DNA of 64,000 nt from positions 2,202 to 66,201 of the forward strand of contig CAVYQJ010000032.1 in assembly GCA_963770615.1 (NCBI GenBank), written 5' to 3'. The notes beneath the pieces were generated by a model. That model was not told where the DNA came from. It saw nothing but the letters and a program-made list of their open reading frames with translations, and made no database searches. Positions 9,609-18,553 of this stretch are shown one piece after another (position 1 is the first letter of the stretch; the number at the start of each line of letters is the position of its first letter). The DNA is from an uncultured Solirubrobacterales bacterium. GTDB taxonomy: Bacteria > Actinomycetota > Thermoleophilia > Solirubrobacterales > Solirubrobacteraceae. The translations under genes were made by a program, and so were the position numbers.

Positions 9609-9817
9609 GCCGGCGGATTGGGTCCGACGGCGGGGCGCCTGAGGGTGGGTGGGGGCGGGTCGCAGGCGCGCGGCGGCTCGCGGGGCATGCGTAACACGGC
9701 AATTGAGGGCGTTTGCGTCGGCCGTGCCGTGTGAGGCATGTGGGGCATGCGTGGTACGGCACGGCCTCCCCGGGTCGGCTCCGTTGTCGAGCTATGCATG
9801 CCCGGCGCGCCGCGACC
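9609..9817. repeat. Dispersed structured intergenic element, copy 1
   Basis: 9609-9765 aligns collinearly with 21013-21165; 11-bp IR GGCCGTGCCGT/ACGGCACGGCC; outer imperfect IR 9658-9695 / 9790-9817. Confidence 0.75.
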
Positions 9818-9979
9818 TGTCTCCGGGGACGACGCACCCTCCCTCAGCCGCCCGCCGTTTCCATTCGCTGGCTCTCAGCCATTCAGGGGTGCGCGCCCGC
9901 CGGGCACGGATGCCGGGCGGAACGGCCCCATGGACGCCGAGCGCAGCGAGGCCCCCAAACTCAGACCCACGTAGATTGG

Positions 9980-10711
9980 TTGACCGTGCAAGAGATCGTC
10001 CCCGCACCCGACCGCGGCCGCGTGTTCACGGAGTCGCTGCGCCCCGGGCTCGCCGACTGCTCGCCCACCGGGCGGATCCGGCTCGATGCGCTCGCGCGGT
10101 GGGCGCAGGACGTCGCGTACGCCGACTCGGTCGACGCCGGCCTGGCCGGGAGAGCGATCTGGGTTGTCCGGCGGACGCGCATGCGCGTGACCCGGTTCCC
10201 GCGGTTCGGCGCCGAGTTCACGCTGGCGACGTTCTGCAGCGGTCTCGGGCGGATGTGGGCCGAGCGCCGCACCTCGATCACGCCCGCGGGCGAGGAGGCT
10301 GGTGGGGTCGAGGTGGTGTCGGTGTGGGTCCATCTTGACCCGCTGAGCGGGCGCCCGACCAAGCTCACCGAAGACGAGATCGCGATGTGGGGCGACTCGA
10401 CGGCGGGACGGACCGTGACCGCGCGGCTCCGCCACCCGGCGCCCGACGGCGTCGCCGACGGCTTTCCCTGGTGGTTTCGCAGCACCGAACTCGATCTCGC
10501 GCGCCACGTGAACAACGCCGCCTACCTGACACCGGTCGAGGAGGAACTGCTCGCAAACGACGCCGAGCCGGACTCGATCGACCTCGAGATCGAATACCGG
10601 GCGCCGGCGCAGCCCGGCGAGATGCGCGTCCTGCGTCAAGATTCCCGCCGGTGGATCGTCAGCCCAGAGGGCGACACCTACGCCTCGATAATCATCAAAC
10701 AGGAGGACTGA
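9980..10711 (+). CDS. Acyl-ACP thioesterase (FatA/B-like double hotdog)
   Basis: RWAQDVA, WVVRRTRM, TFCSG..RMWAERR, ELDLARHVNNAAY; start TTG 9980 or GTG 9986. Confidence 0.85.
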   Translation: MTVQEIVPAPDRGRVFTESLRPGLADCSPTGRIRLDALARWAQDVAYADSVDAGLAGRAIWVVRRTRMRVTRFPRFGAEFTLATFCSGLGRMWAERRTSITPAGEEAGGVEVVSVWVHLDPLSGRPTKLTEDEIAMWGDSTAGRTVTARLRHPAPDGVADGFPWWFRSTELDLARHVNNAAYLTPVEEELLANDAEPDSIDLEIEYRAPAQPGEMRVLRQDSRRWIVSPEGDTYASIIIKQED

Positions 10712-10713
10712 AC

Positions 10714-11646
10714 TTGCGCGCCGTCACGATCACAGAGCCCGGGGGCCTCGACGTCCTGAAGGTCGCCGACCTGCCGCCGCACGACGCCGGCGCCGGCGAG
10801 GTGCGGATCGCGGTCAAGGCCGCGGCCGTCAACCCGACCGACATCGCGCTCCGCCAGCGCGGCGGTGGCGACCTGCCGGCGCCGTGGGTGCCGGGCATGG
10901 ACGCGGCCGGCGTCGTCGAGTCGGTCGGGCCCGACGTCGATCGCTTGAGCGTCGGCGACGAGGTGATGGCCGCGGTCAGCCCGCGGCGGCCCGAGGGCGG
11001 CGCGCAGCAGGCACTGGTGGTCGTGCCGGAGGCCTCGGTGGTACCGATTCCCGACGGCGCCACGCTGGCCCAGGCGGCAACGCTGCCGATGAATGGCCTG
11101 ACCGCGCGCTCCGGGCTCGAGCTGCTCGGCCTGAAGGAAGGCGACACGCTGGCGGTCACCGGTGGCGCCGGGGTGCTCGCCTCGTACGTGATCCCGCTCG
11201 CCAAGGAGCATGGGCTGCGCGTGATCGCGGACGCCAAGCCCGAGGACGAGGAGCTCGTGAAGAGCTTCGGCGCCGACGTGGTCGTGCCGCGCGGGCAGGG
11301 GTTCACCGACGGCGTGCTCGAGGCCGCGCCCGACGGGGCCGACGGGCTGTACGACACGGCGCTGCTCCGGCGCGCGGCGTTCCCGGCGATTCGCGATGGT
11401 GGCCAGATCGTGGTCGTGCGCGGCTGGGACGGCGACGAGGTCGAGGACCGCGGGATCCGCGTGCATCCGGTGGCGGTCTCAAGGGTGCTCGACCGCACCG
11501 ACTGGCTCGAGGAGCTGCGGACGCTGGCCTCCGACGGACGCATCCAGCTCCGCGTCGCGGCGGAGTTCCCGCCCGAGCAGGCCGCCGACGCTGAGCGTCT
11601 GATGGACGCCGGCGGGCTGCGCGGGCGGGCCGTGATCGTGTTCTGA
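10714..11646 (+). CDS. NADP-dependent oxidoreductase (quinone reductase-like MDR)
   Basis: AGGAGG SD plus TTG 10714; AAVNPTD, PGMDAAG, ATLPMNGLTA, GGAGVLA, GLRGRAVI. Confidence 0.9.
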   Translation: MRAVTITEPGGLDVLKVADLPPHDAGAGEVRIAVKAAAVNPTDIALRQRGGGDLPAPWVPGMDAAGVVESVGPDVDRLSVGDEVMAAVSPRRPEGGAQQALVVVPEASVVPIPDGATLAQAATLPMNGLTARSGLELLGLKEGDTLAVTGGAGVLASYVIPLAKEHGLRVIADAKPEDEELVKSFGADVVVPRGQGFTDGVLEAAPDGADGLYDTALLRRAAFPAIRDGGQIVVVRGWDGDEVEDRGIRVHPVAVSRVLDRTDWLEELRTLASDGRIQLRVAAEFPPEQAADAERLMDAGGLRGRAVIVF

Positions 11647-13053
11647 TCAGTCGCGCGCCGCTTCGAGGACGGCGCGGGCGGCGTTGTGGCCGGGGATGCC
11701 ACTGACGCCGCCGCCGCGGCGCGCGCCGGCGCCGCACAGCCACACGTTCGCGTGGGCGGTCTCGACGCCCCAGGTGCCGACCTCTTCGTCTGATTCGGCG
11801 AACGGCCACGCGAGGTCGCGGTGGAAGATGTGGCCGCCCGGCATCCCGAGCTCGGCCTCGATCTCGGGCGGCGTCAGCGCCTCGAGGCCCAGCAGGCAGT
11901 CCTCGATCGGCTCGGCCAGCGCCGAGTTGAGCGAGGCGAGCGTGGCGGCGACGGCGCGCTCTTTGGCGGTGGCGTCGGCGGGGTCGAACAGCCGGGCGGG
12001 CATGTGAAGCCCGAACAGGGTGAGCGTGTGCACGCCGGCTTTGCGGAGGTCGTCACCGAGGATGCTCGGATCAGTCAGTGAGTGGCAGTAGACCTCGCAC
12101 GGCGGCGTCGACGGGATGGCGCCCGCGGACGCCTCGCGGTACGCCGCGTCCAGCTGCTCGTAGCCCTCGTTGACGTGGAACGTCCCCGTGAACGCCTCCT
12201 CGGAGCTCACTCCCGGAACGCGGGGCAGGCGCTTCAGCAGCATGTTGATCTTGAGCTGCGCGCCTTCGGGCCGTTCGGCCGGCTCGCCCAGCAGTTCGCG
12301 CAGGACCGCCGGGGCGACGCCGGCGAGCACGTGCCGGGCCGCGTACGTGCGTTCGTCCGCGCAGCGCACTTCGGCCGCGCTCCCGTCGGTCTCGATCGCG
12401 ATCGCCTCGGCGCCCGTCACGAGCTGCGCGCCGGCGCTCGCCGCCGCTCCGGCAAGCGCGCCCGACAGCGCGCCCATGCCTCCGACCGGCACGTTCCAGG
12501 GCCCTCCGACCACGTGGTAGAAGAAGCAGCGGTTCTGCCGCAGCAGCGGATCGTCGGCCGGCGCGAACGTTCCGATCAGAGCGTCGGTCAGCACGGTGCC
12601 GCGGGTGAGATCGTCAGCGAACGACCGCTCGATCAGATCGGAGAGAGGGGTCTCGAAGAGCGCGTCCCAGAGGGCGTCGTCGCCGACCACCCGTCGGAAC
12701 TCCTCGCGCGAGCGCAGGGGCTCGGTCAGCGTGGGAAACGCCCGGTGGGCGATCGCCGTGAATGCGGGACCCGTCGTGGGCGGGTAGGCCGCGATCCGGC
12801 GGGGGCGGATCTCGATCGACACGCCGAGCGCGCGGAGCAGCGCCGCGGGGAACAGGCTGACGAGATAGGAGTAGCGAGACAGCCGCACGTCGAACCCGGG
12901 AAACGGCGCCGCCGAGACCGCGGCGCCGCCGACCTCGTCGCGCCGCTCGAGCACGACGACCGAGCGGCCGGCGCGCGCCAGCAGCGTGGCCGCGACCAGC
13001 GCGTTGTGACCGCCACCGACGATCACCACATCGAAGTTGCGGCGCTCGGCCAT
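11647..13053 (-). CDS. FAD-dependent oxidoreductase, phytoene desaturase/PYROXD2 family
   Basis: GGGHNALVAA..LA, GGAAVS, SRYSYLVSL, GGHIFH, GGGVSGIPGHNAA. Confidence 0.85.
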   Translation of the reverse strand: MAERRNFDVVIVGGGHNALVAATLLARAGRSVVVLERRDEVGGAAVSAAPFPGFDVRLSRYSYLVSLFPAALLRALGVSIEIRPRRIAAYPPTTGPAFTAIAHRAFPTLTEPLRSREEFRRVVGDDALWDALFETPLSDLIERSFADDLTRGTVLTDALIGTFAPADDPLLRQNRCFFYHVVGGPWNVPVGGMGALSGALAGAAASAGAQLVTGAEAIAIETDGSAAEVRCADERTYAARHVLAGVAPAVLRELLGEPAERPEGAQLKINMLLKRLPRVPGVSSEEAFTGTFHVNEGYEQLDAAYREASAGAIPSTPPCEVYCHSLTDPSILGDDLRKAGVHTLTLFGLHMPARLFDPADATAKERAVAATLASLNSALAEPIEDCLLGLEALTPPEIEAELGMPGGHIFHRDLAWPFAESDEEVGTWGVETAHANVWLCGAGARRGGGVSGIPGHNAARAVLEAARD

Positions 13054-13118
13054 GCGACCAACGTACTAGGACCAATTGCCTCTGGTGAGCGGGCGCCCGT
13101 GGACCTAGTCTGAACACC

Positions 13119-13442
13119 ATGACAACCGGACAACAGATCACCGAAGCCGTGGAGTCGTGGCCAGGAGTGGAGTCCGCACCGCACCGGTTCGGCGGCATCG
13201 AATTCAGGGTCGGCCGCCGCGAGCTCGGCCACCTGCACGGCGACCGGATCGCCGACCTTCCGTTCCCCCGGCGCGTCCGCGACGAGCTGATCGCCGCCGG
13301 CCGTGCCCGCCCGCACCACGTCCTGCCCGACTCCGGCTGGATCACGATTTCGATCCGCTCGGACGCTGAGGCCGAGGACGCGATCGAGCTGTTCCGGATG
13401 GCCTACGACCGCGCGCAGAACGCGCGCCGGGCGCATGCCTGA
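13119..13442 (+). CDS. DUF5519/luciferase-like small protein
   Basis: HRFGG.EF..GRRELGHLHG, ARPHHVLPDSGW. Confidence 0.8.
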   Translation: MTTGQQITEAVESWPGVESAPHRFGGIEFRVGRRELGHLHGDRIADLPFPRRVRDELIAAGRARPHHVLPDSGWITISIRSDAEAEDAIELFRMAYDRAQNARRAHA

Positions 13443-14448
13443 CCGCGCCCGCGTGTTCGTCGCCACCCGCGACGACGTCGTCCGGATGACGCTGACGGGC
13501 ACGCGGGTGCAGGACGCCCAGATGGTGCTCCCGGTCGCGTCGCCTCAGTGCGTGGCCGTCGATCCGCTCGATCCGGATCGCGTGTACGTCGGTACGTTCG
13601 ACGACGGGCTGTACGCGAGCGACGACGGCGGTTCGACCTGGCGGGTCGCGTGGGAGGGGATCGCCGACCGGCGCGTGATGTCGGCCAGCGTGTCCCCGTC
13701 GCACGTCGTGAACGGGGTGTCGGTCGTGTACGCGGGGACCGAGCCGAGCAACCTGTACCGATCCGAGGACGGGGGAAAGACCTGGCAGCTGATGCCCGAG
13801 CTGCGACAGCTGCCGAGCGAGCCACGCTGGTCTTTCCCCCCGCGTCCCTGGACCCACCACGTGCGCACGATCGCGCTGCACGCGACCGATCCGGACTCGC
13901 TCGCGGTCGGGATCGAGCTCGGCGGCGTGATGCGCTCGCGCGACGGCGGCGCCACCTGGATCGACCACAACCCCCAGGCGCACAGCGACGCCCACCAGCT
14001 CCTGACGCACCCGCTCGCGCCCGAGCGCCTGTACGAGGTCGCCGGCCAGGGGATCGCGGTGTCGCCCGATCGGGGCGAAAGCTGGCGCCGGCTGGACGCC
14101 GGGCTCGACCGGCACTACGCGTGGGCGACCGCCGCCGACCCGGCCGACCCGGACCTCTGGTACGCGTCGATCAGCCGCGGACCGTACGCCGCCCACAGCC
14201 GCGGCGACGGCCAGTCGCTGCTGCTGCGATCGCGGGGGAACGGCTGGTCGGCGATCGATCGGTGGGGCGACGATCCGGCGCTGCGGAGCATGCCGTACGC
14301 GCTGGCGGCGCTGCCCGGACAGCCGGATCGGCTGCTGGTCGGGCTCCGCGGCGGATCGATGCTGGTGACGGGCGATGCGGGCGAGACGTGGGACCGGCTT
14401 GACTCGGCGCTGGCCGACGTGATCGCGCTTGCGGTTGCGCCTGCGTAG
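13435..14448 (+). CDS. BNR/Asp-box beta-propeller protein (WD40/YVTN-like)
   Basis: Repeated S-x-D-G-G-x-T-W Asp boxes (SDDGGSTW, SEDGGKTW, SRDGGATW, SPDRGESW, TGDAGETW); overlaps upstream stop. Confidence 0.85.
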   Translation: MPDRARVFVATRDDVVRMTLTGTRVQDAQMVLPVASPQCVAVDPLDPDRVYVGTFDDGLYASDDGGSTWRVAWEGIADRRVMSASVSPSHVVNGVSVVYAGTEPSNLYRSEDGGKTWQLMPELRQLPSEPRWSFPPRPWTHHVRTIALHATDPDSLAVGIELGGVMRSRDGGATWIDHNPQAHSDAHQLLTHPLAPERLYEVAGQGIAVSPDRGESWRRLDAGLDRHYAWATAADPADPDLWYASISRGPYAAHSRGDGQSLLLRSRGNGWSAIDRWGDDPALRSMPYALAALPGQPDRLLVGLRGGSMLVTGDAGETWDRLDSALADVIALAVAPA

Positions 14449-14454
14449 GGAGGT

Positions 14455-14478
14455 GAGTTTTGCCCCCGAAACGGGTAT
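14455..14478 (+). promoter_or_regulatory. Putative SigB-type promoter
   Basis: GAGT-N14-GGGTAT, 12 nt before ATG 14491. Confidence 0.4.
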
Positions 14479-14490
14479 CTGCTCGCCACC

Positions 14491-14721
14491 ATGATGGACC
14501 GGGAAGAACTTCAACACCACATCGATTCAGCCGCACCGCTCGGCCGACCCGATGCACGCCGGCTTATGTCGTTGATGATCGGGGCGTGCTGGCCCGGCGG
14601 GCCGGCCGACCGGACCGAGCCAGTCGCGCGCGACTGGCTCCGCCGCTGGGATCCCGAGCAGCTCAGCTTCGAGCTGCCCGCGTGCTCGTGCCACACCGGG
14701 CATTGCGTACTCTGTAACTGA
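14491..14721 (+). CDS. Small hypothetical protein with C-terminal CSCHTGHCVLCN
   Basis: Fills the gap between two genes and abuts the next GTG; 4 Cys + 2 His in the last 12 aa. Confidence 0.7.
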   Translation: MMDREELQHHIDSAAPLGRPDARRLMSLMIGACWPGGPADRTEPVARDWLRRWDPEQLSFELPACSCHTGHCVLCN

Positions 14722-15474
14722 GTGGGCTCCGATCTCCGCCACCGCGTCGCGATCGTGACCGGTGGCGGGCGCGGCATCGGCCGATCGATCGCGCTGGCGT
14801 ATGCGCGCGCCGGCGCGGACGTGGTGATCAGCGCGGCGCGGAACGCCGGCGAGGCCGAGGCGGTCGCGGCGCTCGGCGAGTCGTTGCCCGGGAGCATCCA
14901 GGCCGTGCAGGCCGACGTGACCGTGCCGGACGACGTCGAGCGGCTCGTGGCGCGGGCGCTCGCTGTCCGCGGGCGTATCGACGTGCTCGTCAACAACGCC
15001 GCCCGCGGGATGCGGTTCGTCAATCCGCGGTTCATGACCGACCCACAGCCGTTCTGGGAGGCGGACCCCGATGCGTGGCGCCTCGTGATCGAGACGAACA
15101 TCGTCGGGGTGTTCCTGATGTCCCGCGCGGCTGTGCCGCACATGATCGCGGCCGGCGGCGGAAGCATCATCAACGTCACGATCAACAACTCGACGATGGT
15201 GCGCCGTGGTTTCTCGCCCTACGGGCCGTCGAAGGCGGCGCTCGAGGCGATGACGACCGTCTGGGCGGCCGAGCTAGAGGGAACCGGGGTTCACATAAAC
15301 CTGCTCGCCCCCGGCGGCGCCACCAACACCGGGATGATCCCGGAGGGGATGCCCGAAGGGGTCGATTTGCTCGACCCCGACATCATCGTGCCCGCGGCGC
15401 TTCACCTCGCGCTGGCGACGAGCAGCGGCGAGCGGATCCTCGCCACCGAATGGCACGACCCCGGCGACGGCTGA
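14722..15474 (+). CDS. SDR family oxidoreductase
   Basis: TGGGRGIG, NNAA, YGPSK catalytic motif. Confidence 0.9.
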   Translation: MGSDLRHRVAIVTGGGRGIGRSIALAYARAGADVVISAARNAGEAEAVAALGESLPGSIQAVQADVTVPDDVERLVARALAVRGRIDVLVNNAARGMRFVNPRFMTDPQPFWEADPDAWRLVIETNIVGVFLMSRAAVPHMIAAGGGSIINVTINNSTMVRRGFSPYGPSKAALEAMTTVWAAELEGTGVHINLLAPGGATNTGMIPEGMPEGVDLLDPDIIVPAALHLALATSSGERILATEWHDPGDG

Positions 15475-15550
15475 CCCGTAGGGTTCCCGACCCTACTCGG
15501 TGGTAGCTTTCCGGAGTCGTTTCGTTCTGCGGGCAGTGGGGTGAGTAGCC

Positions 15551-15916
15551 GTGAACAACGATTTCAGCGTAGAGGTGGAAGAACAGGGCGGCGCGACCGT
15601 GCTGGCGGTGACGGGCGAGCTCGATCTGCGAACGAGTCCGGCGCTCGAGGAACGGCTCTCCCGGGCGTTCGACGCCGGTGCCGAGCTCGTGATCCTCGAT
15701 CTGCGGCGGATCGAGTTCATGGACTCGACCGGGCTGCGCGTGCTGCTGACCGCGCACCAGCGCGCGCATGAGACCGGGCGGCGGTTCGCGCTGGTCAAGG
15801 GCGCGGATCAGGTCGAGCGCGTGCTGACGCTGACCGGCGTGCGCGACCTGCTGACCGTGGTCGACGCTCCGGAGGATCTGCTGACCGCCGGCGAGCAGTC
15901 TTCCGACGGCTCCTAG
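15551..15916 (+). CDS. STAS domain anti-sigma factor antagonist (RsbV-like)
   Basis: GELDL, ILDLRRIEFMDSTGL with phosphoacceptor Ser. Confidence 0.92.
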   Translation: MNNDFSVEVEEQGGATVLAVTGELDLRTSPALEERLSRAFDAGAELVILDLRRIEFMDSTGLRVLLTAHQRAHETGRRFALVKGADQVERVLTLTGVRDLLTVVDAPEDLLTAGEQSSDGS

Positions 15917-16011
15917 CCGTCTCGCGGAATTCTCACAAGTCGGTGTTAGGACCCGGCGCCGCTGGAAAGACTTACGTTGGGGCCAACTCCAGTCCGGATT
16001 CCTAATAGCGA

Positions 16012-16995
16012 GTGGGAGCAACCGTTGCCGTGAACGCCTGCGAGGACAGCTTGGCGCAGTCTGAGGCGCATCGGGCACTCTTCTACCGCGACTCCGACGA
16101 GTACGTCGGCGGCATCCTTGACTTCATCAAGCCCGGACTCGAGCGCGACGAGCCGGTGGCGATCGCTGTGCCGGCGCCGAAGCTGACGCTTCTGCGCGCC
16201 GAACTCGGGCCCCGAGCGGACGCGATCGAGCTGCTCGACATGTTCGAGCTCGGACGGAACCCCGGCCGGATCATCCCCGCCGTGCTGGGGATGATCGGAC
16301 GGCACGCGGGCAAGCCGCTCCGGTATGTCGGCGAGCCGATCTGGCCAGGCCGCTCGCTCGAGGAGATCCAGGAGGCGACCCGGCACGAGGCGCTGATCAA
16401 CCTCGCGTGGCCGGACGCCGACATCAGCGTGCTGTGCCCGTACGACGCCGAGGGACTCGACGACCGCGTGCTGGCCGACGCCGAGCACACGCACCCCGGC
16501 CTCGTCCGCGACCGGCGCCTCGAACCCAGCTCGGCGTATGCCCACGGCGCGGTGCCGGACGGCTGCGAGCAGCCGCTGGCCGACCCGCCGCCGAGCGCGC
16601 TCGTACGCGCCTTCGAGATCAGCGACCTTGGGGAGCTGCGGATGTGGGTGGCTGGACTGGCCGCCGCTTCGGGGCTCGATACCGACCGCGCCGGCGGGCT
16701 CGTGATCGCGATCAACGAGCTGACGACGAACACCGTCAAGCACGCGGACACCCACGGGGTGCTCCGCTTCTGGCAGGCGGCCGGACAGCTGATCTTCCAG
16801 ATCGAGGACGCGGGTCACATCGCGGATCCGCTGGCGGGCCGCCGGCACCAGATCACCGGCACGGGTGGACTCGGCCTATGGATGGTCAACCAGCTATGCG
16901 ATCTCGTCGAGGTCCGCACGAGCCGCGCGGGAACCACCATTCGCGTGCACGCGAGCTGCGGGAACGCAGCGGGCCACATCGGCCTGGCGGCATAA
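16012..16995 (+). CDS. MEDS-domain anti-sigma factor/Ser kinase (RsbW/PrsR-like)
   Basis: N-terminal HRALFY, RNPGRII, GEPIWPGR, LCPYD (MEDS); C-terminal NELTTN, EDAG, GLGLW (HATPase); start may be GTG 16030. Confidence 0.88.
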   Translation: MGATVAVNACEDSLAQSEAHRALFYRDSDEYVGGILDFIKPGLERDEPVAIAVPAPKLTLLRAELGPRADAIELLDMFELGRNPGRIIPAVLGMIGRHAGKPLRYVGEPIWPGRSLEEIQEATRHEALINLAWPDADISVLCPYDAEGLDDRVLADAEHTHPGLVRDRRLEPSSAYAHGAVPDGCEQPLADPPPSALVRAFEISDLGELRMWVAGLAAASGLDTDRAGGLVIAINELTTNTVKHADTHGVLRFWQAAGQLIFQIEDAGHIADPLAGRRHQITGTGGLGLWMVNQLCDLVEVRTSRAGTTIRVHASCGNAAGHIGLAA

Positions 16996-17040
16996 CCGGC
17001 GCGGACGTCGGGCCTGGCCGCGGCGTAGGATCAGGCCTGG

Positions 17041-17490
17041 GTGAAGGAGCTCACCGGACACGCTGAAGGCACCACCGCGGCCTCGCCGGACGCGTCTCTT
17101 GCGCTGCTCGGAGCCGTCGACCGGTACCCGGACTGGTATCCCGAGGCGGTCAAGTCGGTCGACGTGCTCGAACGGGGCGATCAGGGTCAGCCAACGAAGG
17201 TCCAGGCGAAGCTGCACGTCCAGCACGGACCGATCACACGCGATTTCGACCTGACGATGGAGGTCAAGCGCGATCCACCGGGCGCGGTGAGGCTGAGCCG
17301 GATCCCGCATCATGGATCCGACGGCGAGAAGTTCGACGTGAACTGGTTCGTGGCCGGCGGGCAGTCGACATCGATCGCACTCGACCTGGCGGCGAATCTC
17401 GATGTCCCCCGGTTTCTCCCGCTCGGCGGGATCGGCGACGCGATGGCCGCTGGTTTCGTCAGCGCGGCGACGAGAGAGCTGGGCTCGTAA
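17041..17490 (+). CDS. SRPBCC family protein
   Basis: LL..VDRYPDWYP.AVKSVDVLE START-like pattern. Confidence 0.7.
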   Translation: MKELTGHAEGTTAASPDASLALLGAVDRYPDWYPEAVKSVDVLERGDQGQPTKVQAKLHVQHGPITRDFDLTMEVKRDPPGAVRLSRIPHHGSDGEKFDVNWFVAGGQSTSIALDLAANLDVPRFLPLGGIGDAMAAGFVSAATRELGS

Positions 17491-18499
17491 GCGCGCGCGG
17501 CTCGAGGTCGAAGGCCTCGGCGATCAGCTCGTAGGAGCGCCGGCGCACCTGGTGGTCGTGGGTGATCGTGACGACGATCACCTCTTCCGCGCCATATTCG
17601 ACCGCGACCTCCTCGATGCCGGCGCGGACCTTGTCGGGCGCGCCGAGGATGCTGCGCCGCCCGGGCCGCCCGCCCGACGGGCTCTTGCCCTCGCGCCGGA
17701 GGAACTCGACCGCCTTCTCGGGCGGCGGGACCGGGATCAGCCGGTTCTGGCGCAGCAGCGTGAAGCTCATCCGGCTGCTCGTGGCCAGGAACTCGGCCTC
17801 CTCGTCGGTCGGCGCGCACAGCGCCCAGACCGCCACCGCCGTCCGCGGCGCTTGGAGGTCGCGGGCGGGCTCGAAGCGCTCGCGGTAGAGCTTGGCGATG
17901 TCGGCCCCCTCGGAGTTGATGAAGTCGGCGAACGCATAAGGAAGGGCCAGCTCTCCCGCCCAGATCGCGCTTTGCGGCGAGGAGCCGAGCAGCCACGGCA
18001 CCGGCAGCTCCGGGCGCCCGGGCAGGACGCCGGCGAGCCGCGCGAATGGATGGTCCTCGGGGAGGCTGTCGTCGAGGTACGCGAGCAGCTCGGCGAGCTG
18101 CTGGGGGAAGTCGTCGGGCGCGGCCTGGCGGCGGTCGCGCTGGAGCGCGAACGTGGTCATCGGATCCGTGCCGGCGGCGCGGCCGAGGCCGAGGTCGATC
18201 CGGCCCGGGAACAGCCCGGCGAGGATCGTGAACGTCTCGGCGACCTTGAACGGGCTGTAGTGCGGGAGCATCACGCCCCCGCTGCCGACCCGGATTCCCT
18301 CGGTGGCCGACGCGATCGGGCCGATCAGCGCCTCGGGGCTTCCACCCGCGAGCATCGGCCCGCCGTGGTGCTCGGCCACCCAGTAGCGGTGGTACCCGAG
18401 CTCGTCGGCCAGCCGCGCGAGGTCGATCGTGTTGCGGAGCGCGTCGGCGCCGGTCGAGCCCTCGGAGATCGGCGATTGGTCGAGAACGGAGAGGCGCAT
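17459..18499 (-). CDS. LLM class flavin-dependent oxidoreductase (YhbW/MsnO8-like)
   Basis: LSVLDQSP, YHRYWVAEHH, RVGSGGVMLPHYSP, GRIDLGLGRA. Confidence 0.92.
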   Translation of the reverse strand: MRLSVLDQSPISEGSTGADALRNTIDLARLADELGYHRYWVAEHHGGPMLAGGSPEALIGPIASATEGIRVGSGGVMLPHYSPFKVAETFTILAGLFPGRIDLGLGRAAGTDPMTTFALQRDRRQAAPDDFPQQLAELLAYLDDSLPEDHPFARLAGVLPGRPELPVPWLLGSSPQSAIWAGELALPYAFADFINSEGADIAKLYRERFEPARDLQAPRTAVAVWALCAPTDEEAEFLATSSRMSFTLLRQNRLIPVPPPEKAVEFLRREGKSPSGGRPGRRSILGAPDKVRAGIEEVAVEYGAEEVIVVTITHDHQVRRRSYELIAEAFDLEPRALTSPALSSPR

Positions 18500-18553
18500 G
18501 TGACTGATCTTAGGACGCGCGCGCCGTGTGTCCCGTCGGCGATCGGGTCGCTC

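Noticed and set aside
11647-13053. Carotenoid biosynthesis (crtI)
   Set aside because: No crtB/crtE nearby; motifs fit the PYROXD2-like branch.
14491-14721. RiPP precursor (also considered for 29995-30225)
   Set aside because: No radical SAM, YcaO, LanM, peptidase or exporter adjacent; Cys spacing suggests metal binding.
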